Below are positions 13,945-26,238 of a stretch of DNA of 39,027 nucleotides, piece by piece. The notes beneath the pieces were generated by a model. That model was not told the origin of the DNA. It saw only the letters and a list, made by a program, of their open reading frames with translations, and ran no database searches. This stretch comes from Octopus sinensis (Eukaryota). The stretch spans positions 1 through 39,027 of the forward strand of contig NW_021836856.1 in assembly GCF_006345805.1 (NCBI RefSeq), read 5' to 3'. Within the stretch, counting starts at the first letter, position 1. Each line of letters starts with the position of its first letter. A program made the translations under genes and the position numbers.

Positions 13945-14190
13945 GGGGCAGTGGACTCGCTGTTGGAGGGTCGCGGTTTCGATTCCCAGACCGGGCGTTA
14001 TGTGTGTTAATTGAGGGAAAACACTTAAAGCTCCACGAGGCTCCGGCAGAGGGTGGAGGCGACCCCTGTTGTACTCTTTCGCTCCAGCATTCCTTCACTC
14101 TTTCTTCCTGTTTCTTTTCTTGAGTAACGCTGCGATGGACTGGCGTCCCGTCCTGCGGGCTCATGAGCCTGGCTAGGCTTCAGAAGGCCG
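13945..14190 (+). mobile_element. SINE family C copy lacking the A-box end
   Basis: gagggtcgcggtttcgattcccagaccgggcg..tgtgtgtt..aagctcca is similar to the reverse complement of 6300-6400, and its 3' end gagcctggctaggctt..agaagg is similar to the family C tail. Confidence 0.7.
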
Positions 14191-14248
14191 CATGAATAAA
14201 TTATATATATATATATATCTATGTATATATATATATGTATAGGTATAT

Positions 14249-14282
<34 letters not shown>

Positions 14283-14310
14283 CTATATATATATATATAT
14301 TTATGTATAT

Positions 14311-14359
<49 letters not shown>

Positions 14360-14492
14360 TGTGTGTGTGTGGTGTGTGTGTGTGTTGTGTGGTGTTGTAT
14401 GTATATATATATATATACAGTGCTTTATATAAGCTTTAAACCTATATACATACTATTATTATTATTTACAGGATTGTAAAACACGGTACCAT

Positions 14493-14541
<49 letters not shown>

Positions 14542-15124
14542 ATATATATATATTCTATCTATATATATTTTTTCTATCTATACATATTTAACTTTTTCTG
14601 TCTATCTCTATCTAGCTATATATTTTTTTCCATGAAATTTTTGTCAGTTTTAACATTTAATCTTTATTTTGATATAGATTTCAAAAATATTTTAATGCAT
14701 TTCCGAATACGTTACTTTAACTTTCATTTCTTTTTGTTTTTTTTGTCCTCTTTTTTTCATAATTCTAATTTTCTACAAATACTTTTGCTCTGCGTCTCTT
14801 TCATTCTCCTTCTTTTTTTACTTTTTCTTTTTTATCATTAAAATACATAGCACAACCATTCAACTGTCGTCTATGTATCATTTTCTCTCATTACCTTTCA
14901 TTCTTTATTTTCTTTCATTTCGTAAAAATGTATTTACTACAGTTTTTTTGTTATTCTATTTGGGATTTGTAATCTCTCTAAACATTTCTGTTATATTTCT
15001 ATCTAATTTGTTACTCCTACCGTTTCATATTAGTGCAATCAATCTTGTCACACTGTTTCCGCTGGGTAGATTACGCATGTCTTTTGAAAGTGCACTTATA
15101 GAGAAAATTGTAGCCAGCATTGTT

Positions 15125-15318
15125 CCCGAAAACATTATCATCATCGACGTCATCATTATTATTATCATCATCATAATCATCATCATCATCATCATTATTA
15201 TTATCATCATCATAATCATCATCATCATCATCATCATCATCATTATATTATTATTATTATTATTATTATTAATATTATTATTATTATTATTATATTATTA
15301 TATTATTATATTATTATT

Positions 15319-15349
<31 letters not shown>

Positions 15350-15450
15350 CAATTATTATTATTATTATTATTATTATATTAATAATATTATTATTATTAT
15401 TATTATATTATTATTATTATTTTATTAATAATATTATATTATTATTATTA

Positions 15451-15484
<34 letters not shown>

Positions 15485-15520
15485 TTATTATTATTATTAT
15501 TATTGTTATTATTATTATTA

Positions 15521-15551
<31 letters not shown>

Positions 15552-15560
15552 TTTAATTAT
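15125..15560. repeat. (ATC)n/(ATT)n trinucleotide tract
   Basis: Direct reading. Confidence 0.97.
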
Positions 15561-15566
15561 ATTAAT

Positions 15567-15778
15567 GCGGTGGAGGTGGCAGAATCGTTAGCATGCTGGG
15601 CCAAATGATTCGCAACATTTCCTCCGTCTTTACGTTCTAAATTCAAATTCCGCCCAGTTCGACATTGGCTTTCATACTTTCGCGGTCGATAAATTAGATA
15701 CCAGTTGCGTAATGGAGTCGATTTAATCGACTGGCCCACTCCCACAAAATTTCAGACCTTGTGCGTATAACAGAAACG
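15567..15778 (+). mobile_element. tRNA-derived SINE (family A)
   Basis: Head GGTGG..GTGGCAGAATCGTTAGC, B-box-like GTTCTAAATTCAAATTCC and tail CCTTGTGCGTATAACAGAAA; homologous to 27276-27485 and 27578-27746. Confidence 0.85.
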
Positions 15779-15789
15779 ATTATCATTAT

Positions 15790-16325
15790 TATTGAGTGAG
15801 GAAGCAGTGCATGCCATCAAAATGACACTGGGGAAAAACATACGAAGCCCAGTATACCCATCTTGACCACTCGTCTGATAAGGGTAACCAGGCACATGCA
15901 TCACAACCATATGTGCGCGACATGGTGATCTCATATCAAGATAAACAGCACATGACCGTGCAAGAATTTTCTTCTGGTCGAGTAACCCAACCTGCTCAAA
16001 AGGTCCCTGAATAAGGATTGTTTAAGCGTGTTGAACGAACCACCCATGTTTCCATAGGTGAATTATTCAAACTCCCAAAAATCCCCCTCAACACATGGCT
16101 ATGATGCTCCCCCACTAGTTCTGCTCGTGATCAGAGATGCACATATTGCCAGCCACCAAGGGACATGCTCAACTGGTTATGGTCAAACAACTGACAAGCA
16201 AATCCGTGGTATTGAGCAGAATATTTGCTGTTGCCCATCTTTTATACTAAGACAAAACAATGTAAATGATAACAGTTAAGATCAGAAGCCGTGAGAGCTA
16301 CTATCCAGAACTGCACCTGAACATT
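15790..16325. repeat. ~540 bp complex interspersed repeat of unknown class, bounded on both sides by (ATT)n
   Basis: Non-coding complex block with sharp boundaries against ATT tracts. It resembles a common octopus repeat from memory only, which is unverified. Confidence 0.45.
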
Positions 16326-16329
16326 TCAT

Positions 16330-16349
16330 AATCATTATTTTTATTTTTA

Positions 16350-16429
<80 letters not shown>

Positions 16430-16522
16430 GATTATTATTATTATTATTATTATTATATTATTATTATTATTATTATTATTATATTATTATTTATTATTAT
16501 CATTATCTTATTATTATTATTA

Positions 16523-16576
<54 letters not shown>

Positions 16577-16627
16577 TATATCATTATTATTATTTATTAT
16601 TATTATCATTATTATTATTATTATTAT
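16330..16627. repeat. (ATT)n tract
   Basis: Direct reading. Confidence 0.97.
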
Positions 16628-17045
16628 CTCTTTATTACAGGTTTTTGGAAACTCGTGTAATCTTGCATGCGCAACGGGATTACTTTTCATCTATCTAATA
16701 CTTTCCTGATTATTCTGGCTGTGCCAAGGAGGCAAACCTTTTTAACAGTTCTGCTGGGTACTCTATTCCACTTTCATTTATGTTCCTCCTGATACCTTCT
16801 GATACTGTTCCCAAGGACCCAACAATAATTGGCACTATCTTCACCCGCTTCATTTTCTGTAGCCGGGCTAATTCGTACTTAAGTGTGATGTATCTAGCTA
16901 TCTTTTCGCCTTCTTTCTTTACTATTCGTGGGTTGAAGGGCCATGTAGTATCAATTATATAGCATGTTGTATTCTAGCACCTGATCTGTTTGGATTGGGA
17001 AATCCCAGAAGATCTTGCTGGTCTCCGAGTCTGTTGTTACCGATG
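16628..17045 (-). mobile_element. Degenerate R4/Dong-clade retrotransposon 3' remnant (RLE domain plus 3' UTR)
   Basis: Minus-strand translation across frameshifts: SKIFWDFPIQTDQVLEYN / CYIIDTTWPFNPRIVKKEGEKIARYITLKYELARL...VPIIVGSLGTV / KVCLLGTARIIRKVLDR*. It ends in (TAA)n. Confidence 0.88.
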
Positions 17046-17204
17046 TTGCTGTTGTTACTTTTGTTGACGCTGTTGTCATTGATATATGATGACGATAATG
17101 ATGAGGAGGAGGAAGAGGAGGATGAGGATGAGGATGATGATGGTGGTGGTGGTGGTGGTTGTGGTGTTGTAGTGGTGGTGGTGGTGATGATGATGATGAT
17201 GACA

Positions 17205-17443
17205 ACGCTATTTTTCTTAGTGCCCTTGTGGCTGTCGCTTACATTACAAGAGTATAGTACCAGTTTCAAATTTTGGCTCGAGGCCAACAATTTCCAGAGA
17301 AGTTGTACTTTTATCATCAACCCCGAAAGCATGACAGACAATGTCGAACTCGGTGAAATTTGAAACCAGAACGTAAAATCCGATGAAATGCCGCCGGCCA
17401 TTTTGTCCGACACCGTAACGATTCTGTTAGATCACTGCCCTTT
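17205..17443 (-). mobile_element. Degenerate SINE family A
   Basis: Reverse complement GGGCAGTGATCTAACAGAATCGTTA...TTTACGTTCTGGTTTCAAATTTC..CGAGTTCGAC..TTTCGGGGTTGAT. Confidence 0.7.
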
Positions 17444-17478
17444 GGGAGTATATTATTCTTGTTATTGTTAGCATTGTA

Positions 17479-17665
17479 GGCGTAGGCATGGCTGAGTGGT
17501 AATAAAGTTGCTTCCCAACCACATGGTTCCGGGTTCAGTTTCACTGTGTGGCAACTTGCGCAAGTGTCTTCTTTTACAGTCTCTGGCCGATCAAAGCCTT
17601 GTAAGTGGATTTGAAAGAAGCCCGTCCTTTATGTACGTATGTGTGTGTGTGTGTGTGAGTGGGTG

Positions 17666-17700
<35 letters not shown>

Positions 17701-17897
17701 GTGTCTTTTCATTGCCCCACACCAACACCTGACAACCGGTGTCGCTGTATTTACGTCTCTGCCAGTTATCGTCTCGTCAAAAGAGATCAATAAAATAGGT
17801 ACCATGCTTTAAAATCAAACATTACTTGGGTCAATTCATTCCACTGATAATCTTTAAGACCGAGCCCCAGCATGGCCGCAGTCTAATGGGCGGAACA
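17479..17897 (+). mobile_element. Long tRNA-derived SINE (family B) with internal (TG)n
   Basis: Head GGCGTAGGCATGGCTGAGTGGTAA..GGTTCCGGGTTCAG, internal (TG)n at 17640-17704 and tail CCAGCATGGCCGCAGTC; homologous to the minus copy at 34360-34790. Confidence 0.85.
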
Positions 17898-18274
17898 ATT
17901 TTTTTTTAAATGTTATTCAAAATGTCCATATTCCTAACTTTATATTTTCACGAGCAGCAGTAGCAAACACTACTACTACTACTACTACTACTACTACAAC
18001 ATGTTGTAGCCCCCGTACCCTTACCAGCACCAGCAACTGCAACTCTGTTAAGTAGTATTAGTGCGTCAAATGATGACGGCAACAAATCTGGAATGCTTTG
18101 ACAACAAACTCTGCAATTAGCCGTTGAATAACTGTGTAATTTAAATTGGTAATCATACTGATTCAATGAGCTGGGTTCATTCTGTTAGGTTAATTCTCTA
18201 TGAATATGCTGGCTGCCAATAGGATTGCACCGACTTCGATTTAACAAAATGGCGTTCATAATAATGCTTACGAT

Positions 18275-18400
18275 AGTGATGACGACGATGACCACGACGA
18301 CGTGGATGATGATGATGATGATGATGATGATAATGATGATGATAATGATGATGATGATGATGATGATGATGACGATGATGATGATGATGATGATGATGAT
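18275..18400. repeat. (GAT)n microsatellite
   Basis: Direct reading. Confidence 0.96.
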
Positions 18401-18596
18401 GCGGTGGAGTAGGTGGAAGAATCTGGCTGCTCACATTACAGACTTTAATAACGTTGCAATATCTACGTCAAGTTGTATATTTAGTGGGTATAAAATATAA
18501 ATATATGCGCAACATGTATATAGAAATTGATATATATACATACGTGCATATATATATATCTATATATATGCATACAAATATACATATATATATGCG

Positions 18597-18645
<49 letters not shown>

Positions 18646-20347
18646 GTATGTATGTATGTATGTATTAATTCACGCACACACGTAAATATATACACCGTCA
18701 TAAGCATGTACACACATATCTTCATACGTAATATTCCTTTAACATGGTTTTGGAATTGACATTCAATATTATTGATAATATTACTATACTCATTATTCTG
18801 CTCATTAGCGTGAGATTGTTATGATAAAGCAATGGACAACGCTCTTTTCTGTCTTCAGAGTTCAAATCTCGTCTGCCGCATCTACTCATTTCCTTCTTTT
18901 CAGCCACGATAAAAATATATTCCGTCATTTAATAAGGTGTTTTTTTGTTTTTTTTTTAATAGACAATATTTTCCGCTCAAATATGTCGCTTTCTTCGTAT
19001 ATTATACCATTTTTTTTTATTAGTATAACTATTTTTATCATCAGCCTTATTGTTTCTCTATTTTTCTATCGATATCATCACCATCTGTATCGTCGTTATT
19101 ACCATTATTTTTATTTTTGATATTAATGCTGTTGCTTCGAAGTATTATGGTTAAGATCAAAGTGTAGTCGTTGTTTGTTATCAGCGTATTTTTATAAGCT
19201 GCAGCCATTTTTTTTTCAAATATTCCATTGTTTTAATTATTATTAAAGTACATAGTCCTTTATGTATAATAGCATATAATTACACAGCATGTGGTATGAA
19301 AACCGTTATGACCACGGAATTGTTAAATGTGTAAAAGAATTAAGAGAATAATGACTTTCGAAAAACAAAAGACAATAGCCAACAACCAGAACTTGCAAAG
19401 AACTTCAAATATTAATTCCACTATCCGATTTTTTTTTATATTGGCTATTGTGGTTTTCTTTGTCTCAAAGAACGTTAATTAAGCTAGTTAGAATAATAAT
19501 TATGCTAACGTAAAATGATGAATATCTTACAAGAATATTTGCAATATTCCAGAGAGGACATTTAGAAATTAGAAATTTATGTTCGTATTCTTTTACTTAA
19601 TTGCATTATAGTTATGAGAAATTTTTTTCGATTTCTTTATTATATAAAATAAAAGACGAAAGAAAGATATATGGTTCCTATAGTTTCAAAGTGTAAAATA
19701 AGTTTAAGTTAAAAAAAAAGAAAGATTAAAATATGCGGGGTTTTTTTTTTTCTGTAATTTTATTGAGCTTTGATTACCGTGAGTAAATGGTGAATTAATT
19801 GGATTAAGGCGTATAAATGATGAAAACTTAATGAAGATAAATCAAATATATTTTTGTGAGAAAATGATTTCATCTTTTCTAACGATGCTTTTTTTTTAGC
19901 GCTGTTTGTGGGTACATTTACATACTGAATAAACATTTAGAGAGAAACTACACACACACACACATACACATACACACATGCATCGGGAGCGGATTGTATT
20001 TGTGTGTGTGCATGTTGTGTTTGGGAATGCATGTATGCATGTGTGCATGTATGTATGTATGTATGTATCCATGTATGTATGTATGTATGTATCTATGTAT
20101 GTATCTATCTATCTATCCATTTATCTATCCATCTATCAATCGATAGCGCGAAACGACGACGATATTTTGGGTCATTGACTGACAGGGAAAATTCAGCTGC
20201 AAATATTCTGTGTATCTTGTCTTTGTCTATATTCCCCGTCCGTTAAGTTTTCGTCTAGTTTCCCGTTTGCTCCTCATTCGTCTAACTTTTTCTCTTTATT
20301 GTGTTCTGTCTGTTCAACCCTTTATACATATATATATGTGTGTGTGT

Positions 20348-20384
<37 letters not shown>

Positions 20385-20581
20385 CAGATGTGTGTTTTCC
20401 CCTTGTTAACAATTAACACGGAAAAATAGACAAATAGTTACCAGGGTAGCAAAAAATCACACAAGTAAAAAGAGGATATTACATTGTTTTACACCATTTT
20501 ATTCCTTTGAAATAATACCAGTGATATCTTCAAAACATATGTCGAAAGTAAAAGAATTTGAATAACACCTGGGTTAACTCC

Positions 20582-20618
<37 letters not shown>

Positions 20619-20627
<9 letters not shown>

Positions 20628-20802
20628 GAGGGCATAATTATACATACATGCCAGGAGGCATTATATATACATGCCATACGCTAAGAGGGACAATCAGTCA
20701 TTTCTACCATTTGGTAGAAATGACTGATTGTCCCTCTTAGCGTATGGCATGTATATATAATGCCTCCTGGCATGTATGTATAATTATGCCCTCTATATAT
20801 AA
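20619..20802. repeat. Perfect 91 bp-arm inverted repeat with a 2 bp spacer, adjacent to (TA)n
   Basis: 20619-20709 is the exact reverse complement of 20712-20802, checked base by base. Confidence 0.97.
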
Positions 20803-20990
20803 ATTAATATGTTCAATAAGAAATAATTATTTTCGAAATTTTTTCTCTTGTGAGGTTTTTACGCTATCTACCTGACAATTTCTTGTTAAGTTTTCCTTAT
20901 TAAGTAGTTGTCCTTAATTGCAAAATATATATATATATATATATAAATTATTGATAAAGTATTGTTGGTGACTACACATGGTTGAATATA

Positions 20991-21200
20991 CAAGGCAAGT
21001 AATAAGATGGAAAACCACACAAGACTCGTTTTCGAGACTGAAGAATGTATTCAAATTGTTATTGCAAAGGTATTATACAATATTATCCGAAATAATATTT
21101 TTTTCCTCTAATATTGTATAATATTTATCCATGACAATTTAAATATATTCGTTAGTCTCGTAAAACAAATCTGTGTTTCTTCATCGTATTTCTTTCCTTG
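20991..21200. mobile_element. MITE-like foldback element, TA-flanked (Tc1/mariner-type ends)
   Basis: Ends are TA|CAAGG...CCTTG|TA. Arms 20991-21085 and 21109-21200 align at roughly 75-80% identity by manual alignment, with a 23 bp spacer. Confidence 0.7.
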
Positions 21201-21821
21201 TATATATGTGTGTGTATTTATATGTAAATGTAGATTTCGCTTAGGCATAGTGATATAAATAACCTTGTGTTAGAACACAATATATATATACTTCAACGTA
21301 AAACGTACGTCGAGTACAAGGCGCAATATGTAATTAAGCAAATGACAAGGGAACCGGCATGGTTTAATCAAATTCAATAGTTTAAAACTCCTTCTGGTAT
21401 AATATGCAGAGCAATTACTTGAAATTTTATCACAATACAACTTCGTCAGACGTTCAATAACTCAAAATGGCTCCACTTTTGAAGCTCCGAGGGTGGTATA
21501 AGCTAATGCACAATCACTCAGCTCTGACTGCAGTACATTTATAGAAGAAGTAGCTGCAATCTAATGATGTTGATTACGTAGTACTAGTCTCCTTGGCATT
21601 TTTATAATTTCGTATATATGTGTATATATTTCTGTGCGTGTATGTGTGTGCGTGTATGTGTAGAAATTCAAACGAAATTATTTTTGACTTTTCTCCATCC
21701 TATGGCGATATATAATTACAAATCCTACAATGGTCAATTGTCTTTCCTTTTATTTCTTCCTTTCAGCCTTCCTTTCTTTTGTCCTCTCTCTTTCTTCATT
21801 TCTATCCGTTTTACCTGTATA

Positions 21822-21896
<75 letters not shown>

Positions 21897-22060
21897 TATA
21901 TATTATATATATATATATAGATATATATATTCAGCAAACAATTTAGATTCAAATTATATGGTACTTAATTTAGATGCACCAGAATTTTTTATGGTATTAC
22001 CCATAAAAATATGCGGGGTGATTATAATAAAAAATAAGCAACAAGAATCGATCCGGTAAT

Positions 22061-22145
22061 TTAGTACAATTGTTTCATACTATAACATTTTATTAAAGCT
22101 GTAAATATTACAGCAGATATAATATGTTAAGTAATCTTCAGCTAA
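22061..22145 (-). ncRNA. Type I hammerhead-ribozyme-like motif with a long stem II
   Basis: Minus strand: UUAG-CUGAAGA (22141-22135), long hairpin, GAAAC (22076-22072), palindromic ACAAUUGU stem III, GUA site (22067-22065), then CUAA pairing with UUAG. The pair closing stem II is U.U rather than G-C. Confidence 0.62.
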
Positions 22146-22966
22146 TTTCATATAGGTTTTCCAATAATGTAAAGTTCTCAAATCAATTAGTAACATCCTA
22201 GAGAAGGTAAATATACCGATAAAGCTGTAGATATGAATTTCAGGAACATGAAGTAGGATGCCAAGCAGCCCAAGATTAAGTTCACAACTAACTTTTGTAA
22301 GAAAAATTTCCTTAGTTATAAGAATGGTAGTAGGGGAAGGTTAAGGAAGCAAGTTAGCTGGAGAAAAGAATGGGAAAAGAGTATAGGGTATGTAACAAGA
22401 CAAAAACAGATTGACACTAGAATAAAGGGCCACTCTATTTCTGTGGTGACAGGAGATTTAGGTCAGTGTGGGAAGAACACTAAATTCTTAAGAGACGTTG
22501 AAGCTGACCAAACCTTACTTTCAAATGAAAGCCATCAGAATTTTTAAGTAGGAGTTTGGAGAAGGAGATATAAGGAAAGCTATAAGAGGGGCTTAGGTTA
22601 TCAGCAGAGAAAGATACAGTAAGGAAATCAAGGTTATCACTAGAATAAAAGGTTATTTATTATTATTTTTATTTTTTATATGGTGAGAAAAGATCTAGGT
22701 CAATGTCTAGGGGTCAATTAAATTCTATAGCAAAGGGTAGGGGAACAGCACCTATTCAAATTTATAGTGGATATCGAATTTTATAACTAGGGGAATGGTA
22801 TTACATGTTAAATTTAGAATGGAATTGGGAAAATGTGCAATTCCATGATTAAAGTAAGGTTAATTTAGTTGAATATATAAGTCAATTAAAGGTTGGTATG
22901 GTATATCTCATATTATTATTATATTAAAAAGATACAGTTAGAAAAAATAGGAAAACCATAAAATTT

Positions 22967-23191
22967 CTATTTAAAATATTTGAAAGTTCTAATTTTTGAA
23001 TGAATGCAAGACAGACCTAACTCTAGACGAGTATTTAGTAGATTTTTATTATTTTGATACTTTAAAATCTCGTAGGTCTCCATAGAACAGAGTTGACAAC
23101 CTACTCTATTATTTCTGTAAGGTTTTGCCCTCCTAATTATTTCCCATTTTAGGTTATATTCTATATTATTAGTTTTAAGTTCTGTATACAT
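22967..23191 (-). pseudogene. C-terminal remnant of a Penelope-like GIY-YIG endonuclease
   Basis: ELKTNNIEYNLKWEIIRRAKPY..GCQLCSMETYEILKYQNNKNLLNTRLELGLSCIH fits the recalled PLE pattern LK...I.WSI...Y....C.LC..EK..I.....LLNKRSE...CRH. Confidence 0.78.
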
Positions 23192-23853
23192 ATATATAAG
23201 GATAATATCGATATAAGTTTCGTCCTTATAATAGGTTGGTCTATAAGCACCCGAGCGTTCAAGTAGTTTTGTTTAACCAGCTAACGAGTTAATTTTGCGA
23301 AATGCGTTGGCCATATCGAGATATACTAGTAAACACAGAACGCAAAGAAGCGGAACAAAAACCGTATGACACACGGTCCGATGTTCTCATACTTCTCTCA
23401 AATTTCTACCTCGGATTCATACGTTTTTATTCACCCTGAACATTAAGAAATTGAAAGCTGACATCGGTAAGGGTCAGATTAAAACATGAAAACAATGTTT
23501 GATGTAGCTATCGCCGAGAGACACGGAGAGTACAACTAACAAAATTTCTTTAATCTTCATTGAGCTTTTTAGGTAGATCAAGACGTGATGCAAGCTAAAA
23601 TCGAAATTAACCAGGAAAATTCTGAGCAATCTGTGTAACATCTAGCATTCAATGTTTTTTTCAATACACATTAAAATATCTTGAAATAATTCAGAATTCA
23701 AATACATTCCATGAGGTGATACCAAAATTACAGGATGGTCATGGGTCGAACGTCCTTTCGCCATATATCTACTTGTGACTTGACCACTTGAGGAAATCTG
23801 ACTTGCGTTGAAGCAATACAATTAACAGTGTCAAATGAAAGAGATTTCATTCA

Positions 23854-23975
23854 TATTTACATTATTTACATTAGTTACATTTGACGGATATTAGTCCTCA
23901 TCTTGTTTGTTGTTAACAACAAATAAGACGAGGACAAATATCCGTCAAATATAAATAATGTAAATAATGTAAATA
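23854..23975. repeat. Spacer-less imperfect palindrome with 61 bp arms centred on GTT|AAC
   Basis: 23854-23914 versus 23915-23975 shows 5 mismatches by manual comparison. The right arm continues to CCTCATCTCTTAAATATA (~24005). Confidence 0.93.
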
Positions 23976-24506
23976 ATGTACATACTTCCTCATCTCTTAA
24001 ATATAACACTGTAGATTCCATTCTTGTTTATAAAAACGGCTGCCTCTTCTCTGTGTACCAGAATAAGAGAAGAGAAATACCTACGTATATATTACTTGAT
24101 ATAGATTGGAGGAATCATTTGGGTGATATGAATTTACTGATAATAATTGTCATTAGCAATTAGCAGTGATGGTGATGGAGATATCCGTGATTTGAATATC
24201 AAATAAACTCCCAAACTGAGTCAACGATCTTAAAGTCTGCACATTTGCTTCGGGCGAGACAAGTGAACGAGGTGAAGAAAAGCGTTATAATGTAGTCAAT
24301 ATTAGTGACTATTTCAATGCCAGGAGGCATATTATAGCAATACGATAAAGACGATACCTAAACGTTGTGCACATACATACACACATATATAGACGTGAAC
24401 TCCTATAACTGTTAGTGTCGATGATACGCACTAACACATAAACACACACAGACACACGCACTGGTAAATGTATATTACGAACACACAGCCACACACTCAT
24501 ATCCAT

Positions 24507-24524
<18 letters not shown>

Positions 24525-24555
<31 letters not shown>

Positions 24556-24801
24556 CATGTATATATATACATACACATATATTATATATATAAATATAAA
24601 TATATATACATATACATACATATATATGCATATATATACACAAATACATACATATATATATATATGTGTGTGTGTGTGTTTATATATGTATATATATGTG
24701 GTGTGTGTGTGTGTTTACATATGTATACATATGTATGAATATATGTATGTATGTATGTATGTATGTATATAGGTATATATGAAAGTATGTATGTATATAT
24801 G

Positions 24802-24835
<34 letters not shown>

Positions 24836-24870
24836 TGTATGTATGTATGTATGTATGTATGTATGTATAC
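24525..24870. repeat. Compound (CA)n/(TA)n/(TATG)n microsatellite
   Basis: Direct reading. Confidence 0.95.
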
Positions 24871-25139
24871 ATGGGCGCCCGGTCGTGTGTCTTTGTGTCT
24901 GTGACTAATCGTTTTTATATTTCAATGAAGATATCAATATCAGACATTAGTTATTATGATGTATCGCCTTAAGCTTCCACTCGCTTTCACTGAATCAAAA
25001 CATAGTTTAACTACGTACTGACATACTATACATACATACATACATTTATAAATATACATCATATGTACATATACATATACACACACACAACACATATATA
25101 TATATGCATTTATATGCAATTATACACATGAATACGTGC

Positions 25140-25177
<38 letters not shown>

Positions 25178-25704
25178 GCGCTCATCTCTACATACTTCAA
25201 TATGTACATACATATTACCATATATATGTGTGTGTTTGTGTGTCTGTGTGAGTATGAGAGAGTGTGTGTGTGTGGTGTGTGTGTGCGTGTCTATCTTTAA
25301 ATATACATATCTAATATATGTACATATCTTTTTATATATATACATACCTTTCGAGAAAGTGTAGAGCAATACGAGAAATCGAAGTGTCTACGAGTTTGGC
25401 AATTAGATTATGGTATGTAAATGTAGCTAGAATAGAGTAGTAACAAGAATTTGGTGAAAAATATTTCACAGGTAAATTCTTTGCAGTATCTGGCTACGAT
25501 TATAAACGCTGTGAGTTCAATTCCCGCTGTTGACGTAATACTAATTTCATTCTTCGTGTTAGATAAAATAAAATCCTGAGGAAATATTGAGATGGATTTA
25601 AGCGACCAATCTCCACCTCATCTCCATATCTGTTACCTAGTACCTGAAACTAGTAGTATTTGTTAAAAAGCTAGAAAAGTTTAAAAAGCTAGAAAAGGTT
25701 CTTC

Positions 25705-25770
25705 AGCTGTGGCTGAACCCAGAACCATGTAGTTGAGAAGCAAACTACTAACCACACAGCCACGCCTGTC
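25705..25770 (-). mobile_element. 5' fragment of SINE family B
   Basis: The reverse complement of gaacccagaaccatgtagttgagaagcaaactactaaccacacagccacgcc matches the family B head. Confidence 0.7.
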
Positions 25771-26168
25771 TTTTCATATTTAATTTCTCATTCAAGCAAG
25801 CCATGCGACAACAGTCTCCGCGTTCGTCAGGTAAAATGCACGGAGACACTTCAAGTTGAACGTGTTTTAATTGTCAGAAGAAATATGGAGATACGAAACG
25901 TGTAATATTGAATTGCAAGTGAATGTTCTTCAATTTATTTCTTCCTAATATTTTAAAAAATTTTATATACTTCAAATTTTTTATATATTTTGTATATTTT
26001 TATCAATTTCTTTTTGCTTTCGAGATGGGGTGGGGGGAGTCCGGAGCACGTGTTCTAATGTATAGTAATTACTTCGTTAACTATCTGTAGAAAAGTTGTC
26101 TTAATTAAGAGGTGTTGAAAAGATGCATTGATTTCTATTTTGCATTAGTTTCAAAGTAGTTTTTAAAA

Positions 26169-26197
26169 CTCTCTCTCTCTCTCTCTCACACACACAC

Positions 26198-26238
<41 letters not shown>

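Larger units (their letters stand above)
21935..23195 (-). mobile_element. 5'-truncated Penelope-like retroelement (GIY-YIG C-terminus, long 3' region, hammerhead motif, tail into (TA)n)
   Basis: ORF 22967..23191 matches the PLE endonuclease C-terminal pattern. A hammerhead-like motif lies downstream on the same strand, the sequence between is strand-asymmetric, and TA runs bound both ends. Confidence 0.72.

Noticed and set aside
21038-21100. CTGAAGA...CCGAAA hammerhead candidate inside the MITE
   Set aside because: No convincing stem I, II or III can be formed, and the sequence is explained by the TIR arm.
22411-22710. Degenerate internal repeat (CACTAGAATAAA...GGTGA..AGAT.TAGGTCA, twice) and a possible SECIS in the PLE 3' region
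   Set aside because: The repeat is short and diverged and is treated as part of the element. No SECIS-like fold could be identified by eye.
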